The position numbers were made by a program, and so were the translations under genes. Source: Callorhinchus milii (taxonomy: Eukaryota). Taken from it: a stretch of 64,000 nucleotides of DNA. A model generated the notes under the pieces. The model saw nothing but the letters and a program-made list of their open reading frames with translations. It was not told the DNA's origin and searched no databases. The DNA is taken from contig NW_024704742.1 of NCBI RefSeq assembly GCF_018977255.1, forward strand, positions 57,972,001-58,036,000, in the 5' to 3' direction. Within the stretch, counting starts at the first letter, position 1, and the number at the start of each line of letters is the position of its first letter. This document shows, in pieces, positions 47,655-60,798 of this stretch.

Positions 47655-48016
47655 AATGATAATAATCCTTGCATTTGATGCAGTATCCTATCACGTCTTT
47701 GAGACTTCTCAAAGCACTTCACAGAATATACTGTAAAGTGAATTGACTGTATATTTTGTGGGTGAAACATGACAGTCAATTGTGCAGAGCAATGTCCTAC
47801 AGACAATCATGGATTAAGTAACCAAATATATATAATTTTTTGAAGGGATTATTATCCCCGGAAAGGTGATCATCGACTGACAACCGGGTTCCTACTTAAT
47901 GCTAGGTGAACAGAGGCATGTAAGAAAACTTGACTAAGGTTTTGTCCTGCCCAGGAATTTAATCCAGATCCTCTACTTGCAAGGCAACTGCTCTAACTGC
48001 TAAGTTGCAGGATTCC
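47655..48016 (-). mobile_element. tRNA-derived SINE (older subfamily)
   Basis: Same structure as 45673-46017. Confidence 0.75.
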
Positions 48017-48842
48017 TCGATCCCTGACCTACCGGACTCCACTAATTGCATATACATTGGACAAAACATAATTGGTGAAGAGATGGTCTCCACCCATTCC
48101 TCTCTCCACGTTTTCAACTTCGCCTCTCCTGCAGCCCTTTCCTTCCTCACCTTTCACGTGAAACCAATTAAGTGTTCCCTGACCCTTTTCTCACCCCTCC
48201 CAGTTCCACTTTCTTGCCTCCCTGTTAAAAGATATAATAAACTTTCTTTGTCCACTTGCACAATCTCCACCCCTTCAAAACGGCTGTCATCAGACCTCTC
48301 CTCAAAAAACATTCTCCTCACCCATCCTTGTTCCCCAACTCCATCCCATATCCAACTTGCCTATACTTTTGAAGGTACCGGAATGAATCGTTGCATCCTA
48401 GGTTCACTCTTGCCTTTCCCGAAATTCCCTACAGGAACCCTTGCAATTTTGTTTCAGACACCGCCACTGCCAAGCGCTCTGGCACGCTACCCTGTGAGAA
48501 GAACACTATATAAATGCAAGTTGTTGTTTCCAAGCTGCACACGGTGTCACGGCTGCTCTGGTCATCAATAACATTCCACCTGTAAACAGGGTTCTCTATG
48601 TCTCCTCAGTTATCTTGATCCCTCTTCCAAATTTGATACTGTTGATCATGTTATGCTTCACCACCTTCATGGTCCATGTCCTTTCTCACACTATGTTCCA
48701 TAAGCCCCTGTGATATACAATTTCCCTTGTCTCCTTCAAGTTCCATCAACCTTCATGCCCCTTGCCTGCCATCCCTAACTCTTCAGCATTTACCTCCAGC
48801 TCAGGTTATGGCCTCGGGATTGGGTCTATGATTTTCTTCCAA

Positions 48843-49030
48843 TGGCCCAAGTGTGGGCCCAAGAGTGGGCCCAAGAGTGGGCCCAAGAGTGGGCCCAAGA
48901 TGCAACAATGCTGAATAAATTCTTTGTTTCAGTTTTTCCTAAGGAGCACACAGATAACCCAACCAATCTTGAAAGAAAACTCAAGGACGCCCAAGACTGC
49001 ACCCAAGACTGCGCCTAAGATCACGCCCGA
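48843..49030. repeat. Two short 12-bp tandem arrays (GTGGGCCCAAGA x4-5; diverged xxxGCCCAAGA units)
   Basis: Direct reading at 48843-48900 and 48985-49030. Confidence 0.75.
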
Positions 49031-51349
49031 GGAAAAGGTAGATTGTACTCTTATTTTTAGGAAAGGTAACAAAAGTGACCCAGGATACAAGACCAGTACA
49101 TTTGACATCCATTGTGCGTTTCATTATGAAGCTCTTATTAAGGATAAAATGAAAGAGCTTTTTAACATCTCATACAAAGGACAGCACCCACAGCACTACA
49201 CTGAATGTCACACTCCATGGCTTCCGCAGCGCAATATGCAGATTCAACTCACAACCTTAAGACCCAGAGTTGCCAGTCATACCATCTGAGCCAGCCTGAC
49301 ACACAATTTCATTGTAACACATCCATTGTGATATTGCTGTGACAATTTATATCACAGTGAAGAATCAGCAATATCATTCTAGAATATAATCAAGGAGCTC
49401 AAATCATTCTAACTTCTTGTTCCTCATGGCACTTCACAAATACTGTATATGAGTCAAATTTACCTGTGCTATGTTCCTTACCCACACTCTCAACAGAGGC
49501 ACATTCCAAAAAGCGTTCCAACCCTCTCACACCATAGTCCTCGCCAAAGAGCTGTTTAAGACAATAACGGAAAAAAAGCATTGAAGGCCAATGAAGAAAA
49601 ACAGCACAGAGTTACGTCAGATCAGGAATAGGAGGCAGTTCGGGAGGCGATAGGGCAAGGGTGTCAAGTGTGGTGGAGAGGGTGCTGTGGAGGAGAGTAA
49701 ATGCAGAGGATGGGTTGGTGTGGGAGGTGAGCTAGAGGGTGAGGAGTTCAGAGGACTCCAGGGCATCAGAGAGGGATTGTGGGGGTGGTAGGAGATGGTG
49801 GTATGTTTGGAGGCAGTAGGGAGAGGGATATAGGAGTTGAGGGAGATGAAATAGTGGTCTCGGGCCCAATCTCGGGTGAAGAAGGTGACCAAGGACGCAG
49901 TCAAAAAGAAAGGTCCTCTGCTGAGACCTGAAAATGGGAAAAGAGGTGGCGAGAATAATAATAGGAGATGAGAACAATTCATTCCATCAAGTGAACCATG
50001 GCATAAAAATTATGTATCTGACATAACTATTTGATTGTGCCATTGGACAATATTCTTAAAACTTGCTTTAATCATAAATTGGTCATTCACCACCTGGCTC
50101 TTTGTCAGACATGGTTTGTGCACATATTGGCTGCTGAGTTTGCCTACAAATACGCAGTCACTGCACTTAATTACTGTAAAACACTTTTTCTACAATTTGA
50201 CATTATACATGTTAAATCAAACGCAGGGATTATTTTTTATTATTATTGGTGCTCACCATTACATCTGTCAACATTTCGAGACATGCTTTATGTGAAAGGC
50301 ATTATACCTTTCACAGGATGCTATAATGCAATGTGTACTGTCTACTTTTTTCATTGAAAGGTGTGTGCCAGCTGAGGAGGTTTTTAGGTGAGAACAGGCT
50401 TCGATAGTAACGGGATCTGGGCATCATTTTGGGATCTTTTCCATTGCCTCAACATAAGCCTTAACCATTTTATGATAGATGTCTTCCAACGACCAAAAAT
50501 TTGGAGATTCAATTGGGAATAAAGTATGTTAATCCTAACTGACATAGATAATATTAATCCTTACAAATGGTCTAGCAACTTTAATGTCGGGAGGACATCC
50601 CAAAGCGCTTTGCAGAACATACTGTAAAGTCACTGTTTTGTAGGTGACAATTTTACGCAAAGCAATGTCCCAGACAACCACAGAGTCAATAAAGTAGATG
50701 ATGACTTTTAATGAGTGGGGTGTCTTTGTATGAAGAATCAAAGAAAAATAGAAATATGGAGAGAATGTGATTTTCAGTGTCGTAATTAGAAGGGTGATTA
50801 TTATTACATTGGCAGATATTCTGCTCCTGGAAATATCCCAGTGGATTAGCTCATTAGGTAAACTCCCCCTCTTCCCTGCCCTGATTTTGTGAAAATGTTA
50901 GGCCCCAAACCGCTTGCTGTTGTGTTTAACTAGCTATCCCACGTAGATTAACTATTTTTCCTATGCCAGTCTTTGGGATCTTGCTGCTGTAAATGACGGA
51001 CATGTTTGCTTGTGAAAAAAACAGTCACTACGTTTGACAGCAATTACCTGTGAAGTGCTTTCAGATGTTTTATGATTGAATATAATTTACATTTATGTAG
51101 TGTTTTTCACATCTGAAGGATATTTTGATCTGATAAGGCACTCATTTTGGTAACAAAAATTGCAATGCAATTGCAAAATGACTTGGAAATGCATTTGAAT
51201 AGGGACTTGAAGGGTTATTACAAAGTGCCTAACAAAAATAAACCGGAATTTACAATGATATTTTAAGGATGCCAACAGTAAGTAGACTTTTGTTACCAAG
51301 TAATCTCGGGCCCAATCTCAAGTTAATGCTTCATTCCATTTCTTTGCAG

Positions 51350-52308
51350 GTGACACTGGACCAAATTGCAGCTGCAATAGAAATGCCTGCGCTATTTTCT
51401 ACAACAGTTCCCATTATATGTACCCGTTCAACATTGAGTTCCACGTCTTTGCATCTGCCATGTTTTACGTTATGTGAAAAACTTTTGGGCGTTCCCTGGA
51501 AGAGCACAGAGCTCTGAAGGTTACCTTTAGGACCTACAGTCTAATGGCAGGTCCAGTTCTGGGAACTGCAGTGTTGGCAACCACAATAGGGATTCTCATT
51601 GTGTACAGCTCACAGGTGGGACATTCAACAGAGCAACGAGTGTCAGCTGTAGTTATGCTTTATCTATACGGTATCACAGTGCTTTGCTTAATGTCTGCAG
51701 CAGCTGCAGCCAGCCTAGTCATTTATAGAGTTGACAAAAGATCCCTGGATTATTGCAGAAACCCCACCAGGAAGTTGGATGGCAATCTGCTGGTGCACCC
51801 AGCATGTGCATCTTGGTTTATGTCCTGGTGTTCCATCGTGGCTGCTGTTTGTGGGGAAACACAGTCCCCTCACAATAGGCTGAACTTCTTATTCTCTGTC
51901 CTGGTCATCACTGAGAAATACCTACAGAATCTGTTTATAATTGAATCCCTTTATCGGAAACATGGTGAAATGGATGGGGAAGTGGGGATGATTGAAGGGA
52001 TATTCACAGTATCGAGTTCCAATAATCTCCCTCTGAAATGTTCATATTGCGGGATCCTCAACAAAGCCTTTGAGACTTTGGATAACCAGTCGTCATGCTC
52101 AGCTCCTCAGTGCGTTTCTCTGTCCAAACCTTCCCGCGATTGGGTTGAGAACAGCGAGGGATACAATAGTGACCTGAGTTTTTCTCAAGACTCTGCTTCT
52201 TCTCCTCCTCCTCCTCCTCACCCAAGCTTAAGGAAGTTGGAAAAACTGAACAAGAAGAGACAGTTCCCCAAGAATGTTGCTGCCTTTTTATTCCTGTGCA
52301 ATATTTCA
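51350..52308 (+). pseudogene. OTOP1: Otopetrin-1-like proton channel, large penultimate-type exon with premature TGA (51475-51477)
   Basis: ttgcag|G acceptor and CNIS|GTGAGA donor. Translation DTGPNCSCNRNACAIFYNSSHYMYPFNIEFHVFASAMFYVM*KTFGR...NPTRKLD...EKYLQNLFIIESLYR...AFLFLCNIS resembles OTOP1 (YLYPFNIEY..LYVLWKNIGR, KNPARKLD, EKYIQNLFI, FLFLCNIS). Confidence 0.85.
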
Positions 52309-55274
52309 GTGAGAGAAATTTAGCAAAAAATTGCATTTGAAAACAAGTGAGAAATCTCTTTTCAGTTTTCATTCATAAGTACCATCCTTATTGTTCCTTC
52401 CCCGCCAACCTTTCTTTACTCAGTAACTTCTAATTGAATGAATGTTTAAATGTGTCTTCAAAATATGTCACACTCAAAATGGAGATCATAACACGTATGT
52501 ACTCAGGTAAAGTATTTCTGAAAATGCTGGATAGAGACCACTGTATTGTCAGAGGTGCTGTGCTTGGGATGAGCTGTTTGTTAAAGGTCCCGTCTGCCTG
52601 TTCAGGTGGACCTTAAAGATCTATTGACACCACTTGATCAGAGAAGAGAGAACCTGATTTGAATCTCAAATACTTTACCTGCAAATCCTTATGGCAGCAC
52701 AATGTATTTATTATTCTGTGATGTGTGAATCTCATGTCTATCAGCGCCTTGGGATGTTCTCCTGGAATGAAAGACGCTATACAAATGTAATTTTGTATTG
52801 TATTATTATTATTATTTTATTTAATCCGTTTATGTTTTCAAATCAGGAATTTCATGTTGATTTTTCTTAATTTAATGGCAAAGATCCCATGACACTCCTC
52901 AAAAAGAGAAGACGATTTTCCAAGGTTCTCTAGATAAATTGGCCATTCACTTCATGGTGGTTTGTGTGACCTTGTTTGCAAGTTGTCTGCTGGGTTGGCC
53001 TAAAAGTTCACTCACTACATTTGATTGCAAATCACTGCAAGGGACTTTGAGATGTGTCAATATTATTATAAATAGAGTTAATTAAAACAAAGAAAGCAGA
53101 AAAAATCCAGAAAAAATGAAAAATCCCAAATTAGTAACTAAAAAACAAATCATCCAGGAAAAAAAACAATGTTCAAATTTGATGAATAACCGCAAAGAAA
53201 TATTGTGACCAACACAAGAAAAGAAAAAGTTTGTGTAAACCTTAAACTGCGATGAAGCAAGCAACAACAGCAACTTGCATTTATATAGCAGTGGTTGAGT
53301 AGTTGGTCAAATGGCAGAAAGTCCTTTTACCCTCAGTGATACATGGGGAGGAATTGCACAATACTGGCATATTTCTCGAGGCATTGGCAAGTTGGGTAGC
53401 TATCAAAAAATGTAGCTACTGTATATCGCTCAGTGCAGTGTTTGGACATCGCACTAGGGGGCGATTGTGTTCTTTCAAGTTGCCTTGGTTCATTTATTCA
53501 GTGTCTGAGAAAGGAGAAAAAACACCCAGCTCTTCATTTCACTTCACCAGCAAATGTCCACACAATAATCTCCTGTAACCAGACGCATCGTTTTTTTGAC
53601 ACAATCCCTTCAGTTCAAACATGTGGGATAAAGCATTTATAATCATGATTAGAGTATCCTTGGCCAATGGGGTTTAGAGGAATGCAATTGACAGAGAAGT
53701 ACATTTGAGTTGTGCAGTTCAAACAATTTGCAATTTCAAACTGAAAAAACAAACACGAACAAAGACACGACTAGATCGTAACTGTTTTTAAAAACTGGAA
53801 ATGTGCTCTAAGTCCAAGCCACAGCTAGTGCGCTGGAGGGAATATTTCAGACTGAGAGTCTGGGGCAATGTAAATTTATTTGTACAAATCATTTCAACAC
53901 TCACCCCGCCCCCCTTTGCTTTTTTTTTAACAAGGAAAAAAACATGTCTTTGCAAAATTCACCTTGTTTGGGGTTAAGCCAACACCCAGGTAAGTGACAC
54001 TGTGTTTTATTCTCTCTCTGTTGTGTTTGGTTTCCACTCACGATGATCAGCTCCAATGGATGTTTAGAGGGTTTAACTATTTCTATAGTATAAAATCCAG
54101 ACTATTATCAGGTACATCACAGAGCCACATTGAGCGCAGATCAAGATCAAAACTTTGTTATGCTGATCATTTAACAACAAGAGTCCTTTACTCGTTATAA
54201 TAATATTAATAAATAATAATATATTACAGTTTTGGGTTTGAACACTTTACACACTCTAGCTGTCACGTTGACTGCAAATGCTTTTGGACTCTATATAAAA
54301 AAAGTTATCTCAGAACAGTACTTTTTAAATAATTCTGGGTAGACAAATTCATTCTTAATAAATTGTTTCTTATTAAATTGCTTTGAATATCGAGGTGGAG
54401 GAATGTTAATCGATTCTATTTCTAAAGCAAGTGCTTGTGTGGGCTAACAATAATCTCTCCCCCTCCCCACCCCAAGTCTTTCTGCCCCACCCAGAAGAAA
54501 GTGTAACTATTGATCAGACTTATCAGTAAAATGAACACATTACAGGGATCCACATGTATGCTCCTCACAAGGCTTCTATAACAAAACAACTGGAGTGCCT
54601 AATCTCTCACATACAACCAGTAAATTACTTCTTGGCCATTTGTGGGACTCAGCTGTGTGCAAGTTGGCTGCCACCTCATCTACAAATGCATAGTCACTAC
54701 ACTTTAGAGAACTATGTGAAGCAGGTTGCAACGTTTTGATGTGATATGGGAGTATATCAAATGCAAGGGATAGGTTGAGAGAGGAGAGCAGAGAAATCTG
54801 AGGAGGTGGAGCAAGAGGGGGTGAAGTGGAGGTTGAAGTCACCTAAGATGATGAGGTGGTCGGAGCAGAGGCAGAGGGAAGCTAGAAGGGTGGAGATGAC
54901 AGAGATGAAGGTGGGGGAGGATTGGGGGGATGGTAAATTTGGAGGATTTTTAGTGTGAGGTGGGAGGGTTGGCAGAGGGTAAGGTGTTCAAAGAAGGGGA
55001 ATAAGCCAGCGGAGTAGGGGAATAGAGCAAGTGACAGCCTGGAGATGAGGGCCACCCCACCGCCACAATGGTTGGGGTGTGGGGCATGGTGGTAGGTGTG
55101 GCCGGGTGGTGTGGCCTCAGTGAAGAGGAAGGTGTCACCTGGGGTGATCCAGGTCTCCGTGAAGGTCATAATACAAACGTTCTCCTCGAGGATGAGAACA
55201 TTGACAGCCAGGGTATTATTGCAGATGGAGCGGACATTTTGAAGGACAATGCAGAAAGGATAGTTGGCAGAGGG

Positions 55275-55605
55275 ATAATAATATAATATAATAATATTCC
55301 TTGCATTTGATATAGCGCTTTTCACGTCTTCTAGACGTCTCAAAGCGCTTCACAGAATATACTGTAAAGTGAACTGACTGTACATTTGTGGGCGAAACGC
55401 AGCAGCCAATTGCGCACAGCAGTGTCCCACAAACAGTCGTAGATTGAAAATGACCAATTTATAATTGTTTTTGGTTTTGAGGGGTTATTATTAGGCTCTG
55501 TGTGGAGTAAGGAAACTTGCCCAAGGTTTCGCCCTGTGCCTGGAATTGAACTCAGGTCTCTCGCTTGCAAAGCGAGTGCTCTAACCACTGAGCTACAGGA
55601 CTCCA
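55275..55605 (-). mobile_element. Full-length tRNA-derived SINE
   Basis: Near-identical reverse complement of the family consensus. Confidence 0.92.
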
Positions 55606-55829
55606 CCTGTGTGGGATGGGAGGGGGTAGTGGATTGGCTGACAGGGAGGGTGGGGATGCAGATGAGGGAGGAGAGCTTAGCCCCCGGGGTCTGTGTTCTG
55701 GGGTGGCTTGCGGCGGTAGTGGGGAATGGGGCTGTCGGTGTTTCTGCTGCTGGACAGCCAAAGCGAAGTGCCACGATGAGCCCGGCAAGGATTCCCAGGC
55801 TGGAGCAGAGGGAGGCAGTGAGGGTTCAA

Positions 55830-56135
55830 AATAATAATAATAATAATCCTTGCATTGGATATAGCGCTTTTCACGTCGGGAGGACGTCCCAAAGCGCTTC
55901 ACAGAACACACTGTAAAGTGTATATTTGTGGGTGAAACGCAGCAGCCAATTTTGTACAGCAGTGTTCCCCAAACAGTCGTGGATTGAAAATGACCAATTT
56001 ATTGTTGTTTTTGGAGGGATTATTATTAGAACCGTGGAGTAAGGAAACTTGCCCAAGGTTTCACCCTGCTGGGCATTGAACCCAGGTGTCTCGCCTGCAA
56101 GGTGAGTGCTCTAACCACTGAGCTACAGGACTCCA
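55830..56135 (-). mobile_element. Full-length tRNA-derived SINE with a probable imperfect TSD (cagtgagggttcaa / cagtaagaggttcaa)
   Basis: Family match; flanking direct repeat. Confidence 0.9.
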
Positions 56136-56939
56136 CAGTAAGAGGTTCAAGCAGAGATAGGAGGCGGGGAGGGCAGCGAGAGAGCAGGACAGAGTGGGAG
56201 AGATGCAGGGAGGGGGGCATTTTGAGGGAGGGCCAGCTCAGGTTGGGGGCGGCAGCCAAGATGCTCACTCTGGGACGAAAGGCGCTGATCAGTGGGACAT
56301 TGTCAGTCTGCAGGAGGCTGTGGGGGCTCGAGGTGGCACAGAGTGGGGAGGGCACTCAGTGTGGTTAGCAACGAGCAGCCTACAGGGGAAGCACAGGCGA
56401 GGGAGACAGATAGACGATGAGAGGGAGGGAGACACTGGTATAAATTATGCTATACTATACCTGCTACCAGGGTTTCACACCTGGTGGGCAGAAGTGACGT
56501 CAGACAGAATGGCGGGGAAATCTGAAAGTTCAAAATGGCGGCTCCACCTAACCAAGTAACGGCCGCCGCTCGATCCCCATGACCCCGGCCCCGAGACACC
56601 CGCCCCACCTCAGGATCCGCGAGACCCCGGCCCAGTCTACAGCTACCAGGCGGCCCCTGCCTCTGGCTAACGCCGGTCCCGATCCCCAGGACCCCGAACC
56701 TGCCTCGAGCTATTGCCGTCCCCAATCCCCAAGACATCAGGCCTAACGTGAGCTGTTGCCTCCCTATCTCTCCTCCCCCCTCTCTCTCTACCCCTCTCTC
56801 TATTCCCTCCTCTCTCTCCCAATCTCAATCTGGTTCAAGAGAAACATTTTCCAATGTCCACATTGATAAACCTAATGGTCTTCTAAGTGTCAAGGAAATG
56901 TATGTTAAGTAAAATAATGTGATTATGTGTAGATTTACA

Positions 56940-57370
56940 AGAACAACAGCAACTTGCACTTATATAGCGCCCACCATGCAGGAGGGTGTTGTAACAGTGG
57001 CGGAGCCTGACTCCAAGCCGGCGGGGGGATAGGGGGAGGTGGTCGTAAGCATGGTCGAAAAGGAAGGTTTTCAGGTAAACATGAAAAAGGGAGCAAGGTG
57101 GAGGGATTGATGGAGAGCGTTTCAGAGTTTCAGGGCATACTAACTAGAAGCGTGACCTCCGATGGTGGGGCACAGGATGTGAGGGATGAGCAGGTGGGTG
57201 GTGCCAGTTGATTGGAGGTGCCGGGTGGTGGATTAGGGAGTGAGGAGGTTGGAGAGGTAGGGAGGTGCCACACGAGAGTGAGGATCATGAAGTCGATCCA
57301 TACAGTGATGGGGAGCCAGTGGAGCCTTGCCAGAACTGGTGAAATGTGAGTCCGGGTAAGTGTGCGAGTT
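56940..57370 (-). mobile_element. L2 3' fragment
   Basis: gatggggagccagtggagc, ggagaggtagggaggtgcca, L2 tail. Confidence 0.8.
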
Positions 57371-57699
57371 AGAGTGGATTGTTAGAAAATTGTTTTGTAT
57401 ATTGTTGATATTATTTTGAACTATTATATACTCAAATTAATCTTTATTCAAAAGTATCCTTATTACGTTCCTTTGTTAATTTTGCAATTGTGGATTAACC
57501 TTTTGGGTTTTGTTGAGTATTCTCTGTTGGGGCCTCCATGTGCCTAGTTGATATTTTGTGTTTTGTCTTTAATTCATTAAAATTTGTTGCATTTATTTTC
57601 ATTTGAGATGATCATTATTAAGTAATACAGTCACACAATTTAAGACAGGATTTCTATGATTGTTTATATTTCTGAAGGGAAAAACAAAAATATAGCTTA

Positions 57700-58320
57700 T
57701 GAGACCCGCGGACATCACTCACATGTGGCGGGTGCAGCGCAGAAGGTCCCGAGGTGAGTCCACCAGCAGCACAACAGAAGTACTGCAAATCTGTCAGAAA
57801 GGCCTGGAAGAGATATATCAAGTCCTTCCCCGTCGATGCCATCCATGGTTGACGAACAGATCAAATAGGGTGAGTAACAATGGGCAGCCTTGCCTTACCC
57901 CCTTTCTAGAGGGATGGGATCAATTTGTCCACTGTCAACCCTTAAACAGATCTTGGAGCTGGAGTACACATTCCGGATAAAATCTAGGGATTTGGCCATG
58001 TACTCCCAGTTTGATCATGGCATGCCTCTTGACGATATCCACAATCAGATCTCTCACTTTTGACCCAGTTGCAGACATGAGCCCACTCGGGAATAGCCCT
58101 GTATCATCATCCAACCCAGCCTTCTGCAGAGAGCTCACCCCTTCCAGAAAGATCTTTTCATTAGTGCAGCTCTTCTTCCCAATATCCACAGGAGCAGGGA
58201 AGCTGGTCCACATTTCATAAAAAATGTGGAGCAGCTGCCACCGAGCAGTGCACCTCCCTAGATAGGGCTGCTCATTAAGTGCCAAGCCATTTTGTGAGCA
58301 GCAGCTTTACCTGCCTCGAC
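57700..58320 (-). mobile_element. Degenerate non-LTR RT fragment (L1/Tx1- or RTE-like)
   Basis: Reverse strand near 57850-57910 encodes GVRQGCPLLLTLFDLFVN. Confidence 0.5.
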
Positions 58321-58993
58321 GTAACTCCCACCCCCCCCCCCCCCCCATGATGCAGGCAGTGACTCACTACTTACTGAATTTCTGTAGTGGCGGTAGACCA
58401 CAACCTTAACCCATCAAATACAGTTGCAAGTATCCCCTGTAAGAGCTCTGATCCACAGTCATACTCGGTCTGGTACAGTGAGATTGCCGCTATTCCTCTC
58501 CCACCCCACCAAGGTGGGTGGAGGGGTGAGGGGACCATCCGGAGGGTGACATGTTACCGAGAGTGCACCACTGACTTATGGTGAATCAGCAGCACTTCAC
58601 CCCCCCGTTGACCCGAGTTGGGCCTTGCAGTGAGCAGAACAAGCAGCATCGGATGACATGAAAATTCAACCCCATACCCACAGGAGCTGTATCTGTAGCA
58701 TGAACTCCATCCTGCACTGAGGCATAGAGACCTCGCCCCACCTCCTACCCTCATCAGCCTTGCTCCCGCCACCCCTGAGACCTTGCACTCCAAAACCTCA
58801 CCTCCACCGACCTCGCTCCCTGAGACCTACCCACCCCTGGCCTCCCCCAACCCCCACTCCGGCCTCAATTCCCACTGGCCTCGCACCCAAAGACCTCTTC
58901 CCTTCCCTTCCCTCTGGCCTCGCTATCATCTACCTCCGGTCTCGACCTCCGAGACCTTGCTCCCTGAAATCTTTCCCCACTAATTCATACCAA

Positions 58994-59390
58994 GAGTCCT
59001 GTAGCCTGTAGTCCTGTAGCTCAGTGGTTAGAGCACTCGCCTTGCAAGCGAGATACCTGGGTTCAATTCCAGGCAGGGCGAAACCTTGGGGAAGTTTTCT
59101 TACTCCACACACCTAATAATAATCCCTCCAAAACAACAAAAAATAATAAATTGTTCATTTTCAATCCATGACTGTTTGAGGGACACTGCTGTGCACAATT
59201 GGCTGCCGCGTTTCGCCCACAAATATACGGTCAATTCACTTTACAGTCTATTCTGTGAAGCACTTTGAGACGTCAAGAAGATATGAAAAGCGCTATATCA
59301 AATGCAAGGATTATTATATTATAAGTGCTTTGAGACGTCTAGAAGACGTGAAAAGCACTATATCAAATGCAAGGATTATTATTATTATAA
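58994..59390 (+). mobile_element. tRNA-derived SINE with stuttered head and doubled tail
   Basis: gagtcctgtagcctgtagtcctgtagctcag head; second tail copy at 59324-59390. Confidence 0.9.
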
Positions 59391-59770
59391 TAAGAGTAGT
59401 GAGGTTGGGGAACTCACTGCCACAATCTCACTACTCCCTGCCCACTACTAGCCTTGGTGGTTGAATTGAATAGTGTAGATGCATTCAAGAGGAAGTTAGA
59501 CTTTCACATGCAGATGTCCACAAGTGCGTTTCTCCCTCTGAGGCCCCTTGTTTTCATATCTGTGCTCAAGGACATGATCAATTATCTCAGAAGAATACAA
59601 TACAAAATTACATTTGTAAAGTGCCTTTCACGTCAGGCGGACATCCCAAGGCACTGGACAGTCAGGGATTATGACACAATCGGGGGGGTGTTGGGATCAG
59701 GGAAGGTGGAGTGTAGGAAGGTGGCCAAGCCAAAGGCACAGTCAAAGAGGAGCGTCTTGAGCCGTGCCTT

Positions 59771-60798
59771 TGTAAATAGTTGGGATTATGGTATAAGAAT
59801 CATTAGTATTGATCATGCAGTGAATAGATGAATTAAGAAGAATGAATTAAAGAAATAAAAACTGCCATGTGGCATGCATCACACACACACACCCACAGTC
59901 CTAGTAAAGAGACACTGAGCTAGGCAGCAACACACTGGAATGCGACCCAAGGCCAGGGAAGATAAGAATAGCTGGATCATAAGGATGAATGGTAGGCCAG
60001 CTGTGCTTACAGGGGCATGTGACGCAAGGGGAGGAGAGACAGGAACCTGGGATAATTGGACCAGGAGAATGGATGGGAGGCCAACAATGTGGGCAGGTAT
60101 ACAAAATTAGCAAAAGAGCGTGGTTTTAAAACTGACAATTAGAGAAAGAAGTAATGAGAAGAAAGGAGATTGAATACAGATGGTTGGTGATAAAGGGCAT
60201 TAAACAAATGGTAGCCCAAATTTAGAAGTGTTCGAGCCTCTGAGGAGAGGAAGGGGACGAACCTCTCCAGAGAAGAGTGTCTTTGAGGGAAAGAGGACAA
60301 GTCCAGCCATCCCTGGAGTGGACCTCAAAAAGGACAAGTTCACCCCTTGCCGGAGTGGACCACCAAGAGATGTTTGCAGCTAGAAATAAGCCAGAGACGT
60401 TTGGAGCCAAACGCAAGCTGGAGACATTTGCAGCCAGCAGGACACCGGAGACAGTGTTTAATTTTTCTGCTAGCCTTAGAACTTTGTCACAACTTCCTGC
60501 CTGCTTGGTACTATCTCTCCTACTTACTAAAACACGCACCCAACATACATACAAACAGTTAAGGATTATTTAGGCACATTTCATATATCACATAATGTTT
60601 TTTATATATGTTTAGAATTTTAGTATTGAGTGTATCTTGTTAAGATAGTGCTTTAGTAGTCATTTAAGCACAATGAGTAATGATAATGCTTCAGGTGTAA
60701 TGTGATGATTAGGCTTTTGTGGTTTTATAATTGATAATAAAATGTTTTAATAATATCCTTGTTGTGGTTTCTGACAAACGCTTGAACCCAATTTCACA
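59771..60798. mobile_element. Solo LTR (ERV1- or Gypsy-type) inserted in an L2 3' fragment
   Basis: TGTAAAT...ATTTCACA termini, 4-bp TSD CCTT (59767-59770 and 60799-60802), AATAAA near the right end; L2 sequence is continuous across the insertion. Confidence 0.75.

Larger units (their letters stand above)
54770..56430 (-). mobile_element. L2 5' region including APE endonuclease start, interrupted by two SINEs
   Basis: LQNVRSI, TETWI, GGGVALI, IYHPP endonuclease motifs in ORF 54882-55343. Confidence 0.8.

Noticed and set aside
49464..49551. Possible 88-nt minus-strand exon (good AG and GTAAAT sites; LFGEDYGVRGLERFLECASVESVGKEHST)
   Set aside because: No recognisable homology and no partner exons.
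51475..51477. TGA in the otopetrin exon as selenocysteine or programmed readthrough
   Set aside because: It replaces a conserved Trp by a single G>A change, and no SECIS or other exons are evident; a nonsense mutation or sequencing error is more parsimonious.
51544..52323. 259-aa ORF as a standalone intronless gene
   Set aside because: It starts at an internal Met after the premature stop and ends just past a splice donor; it is part of one exon.
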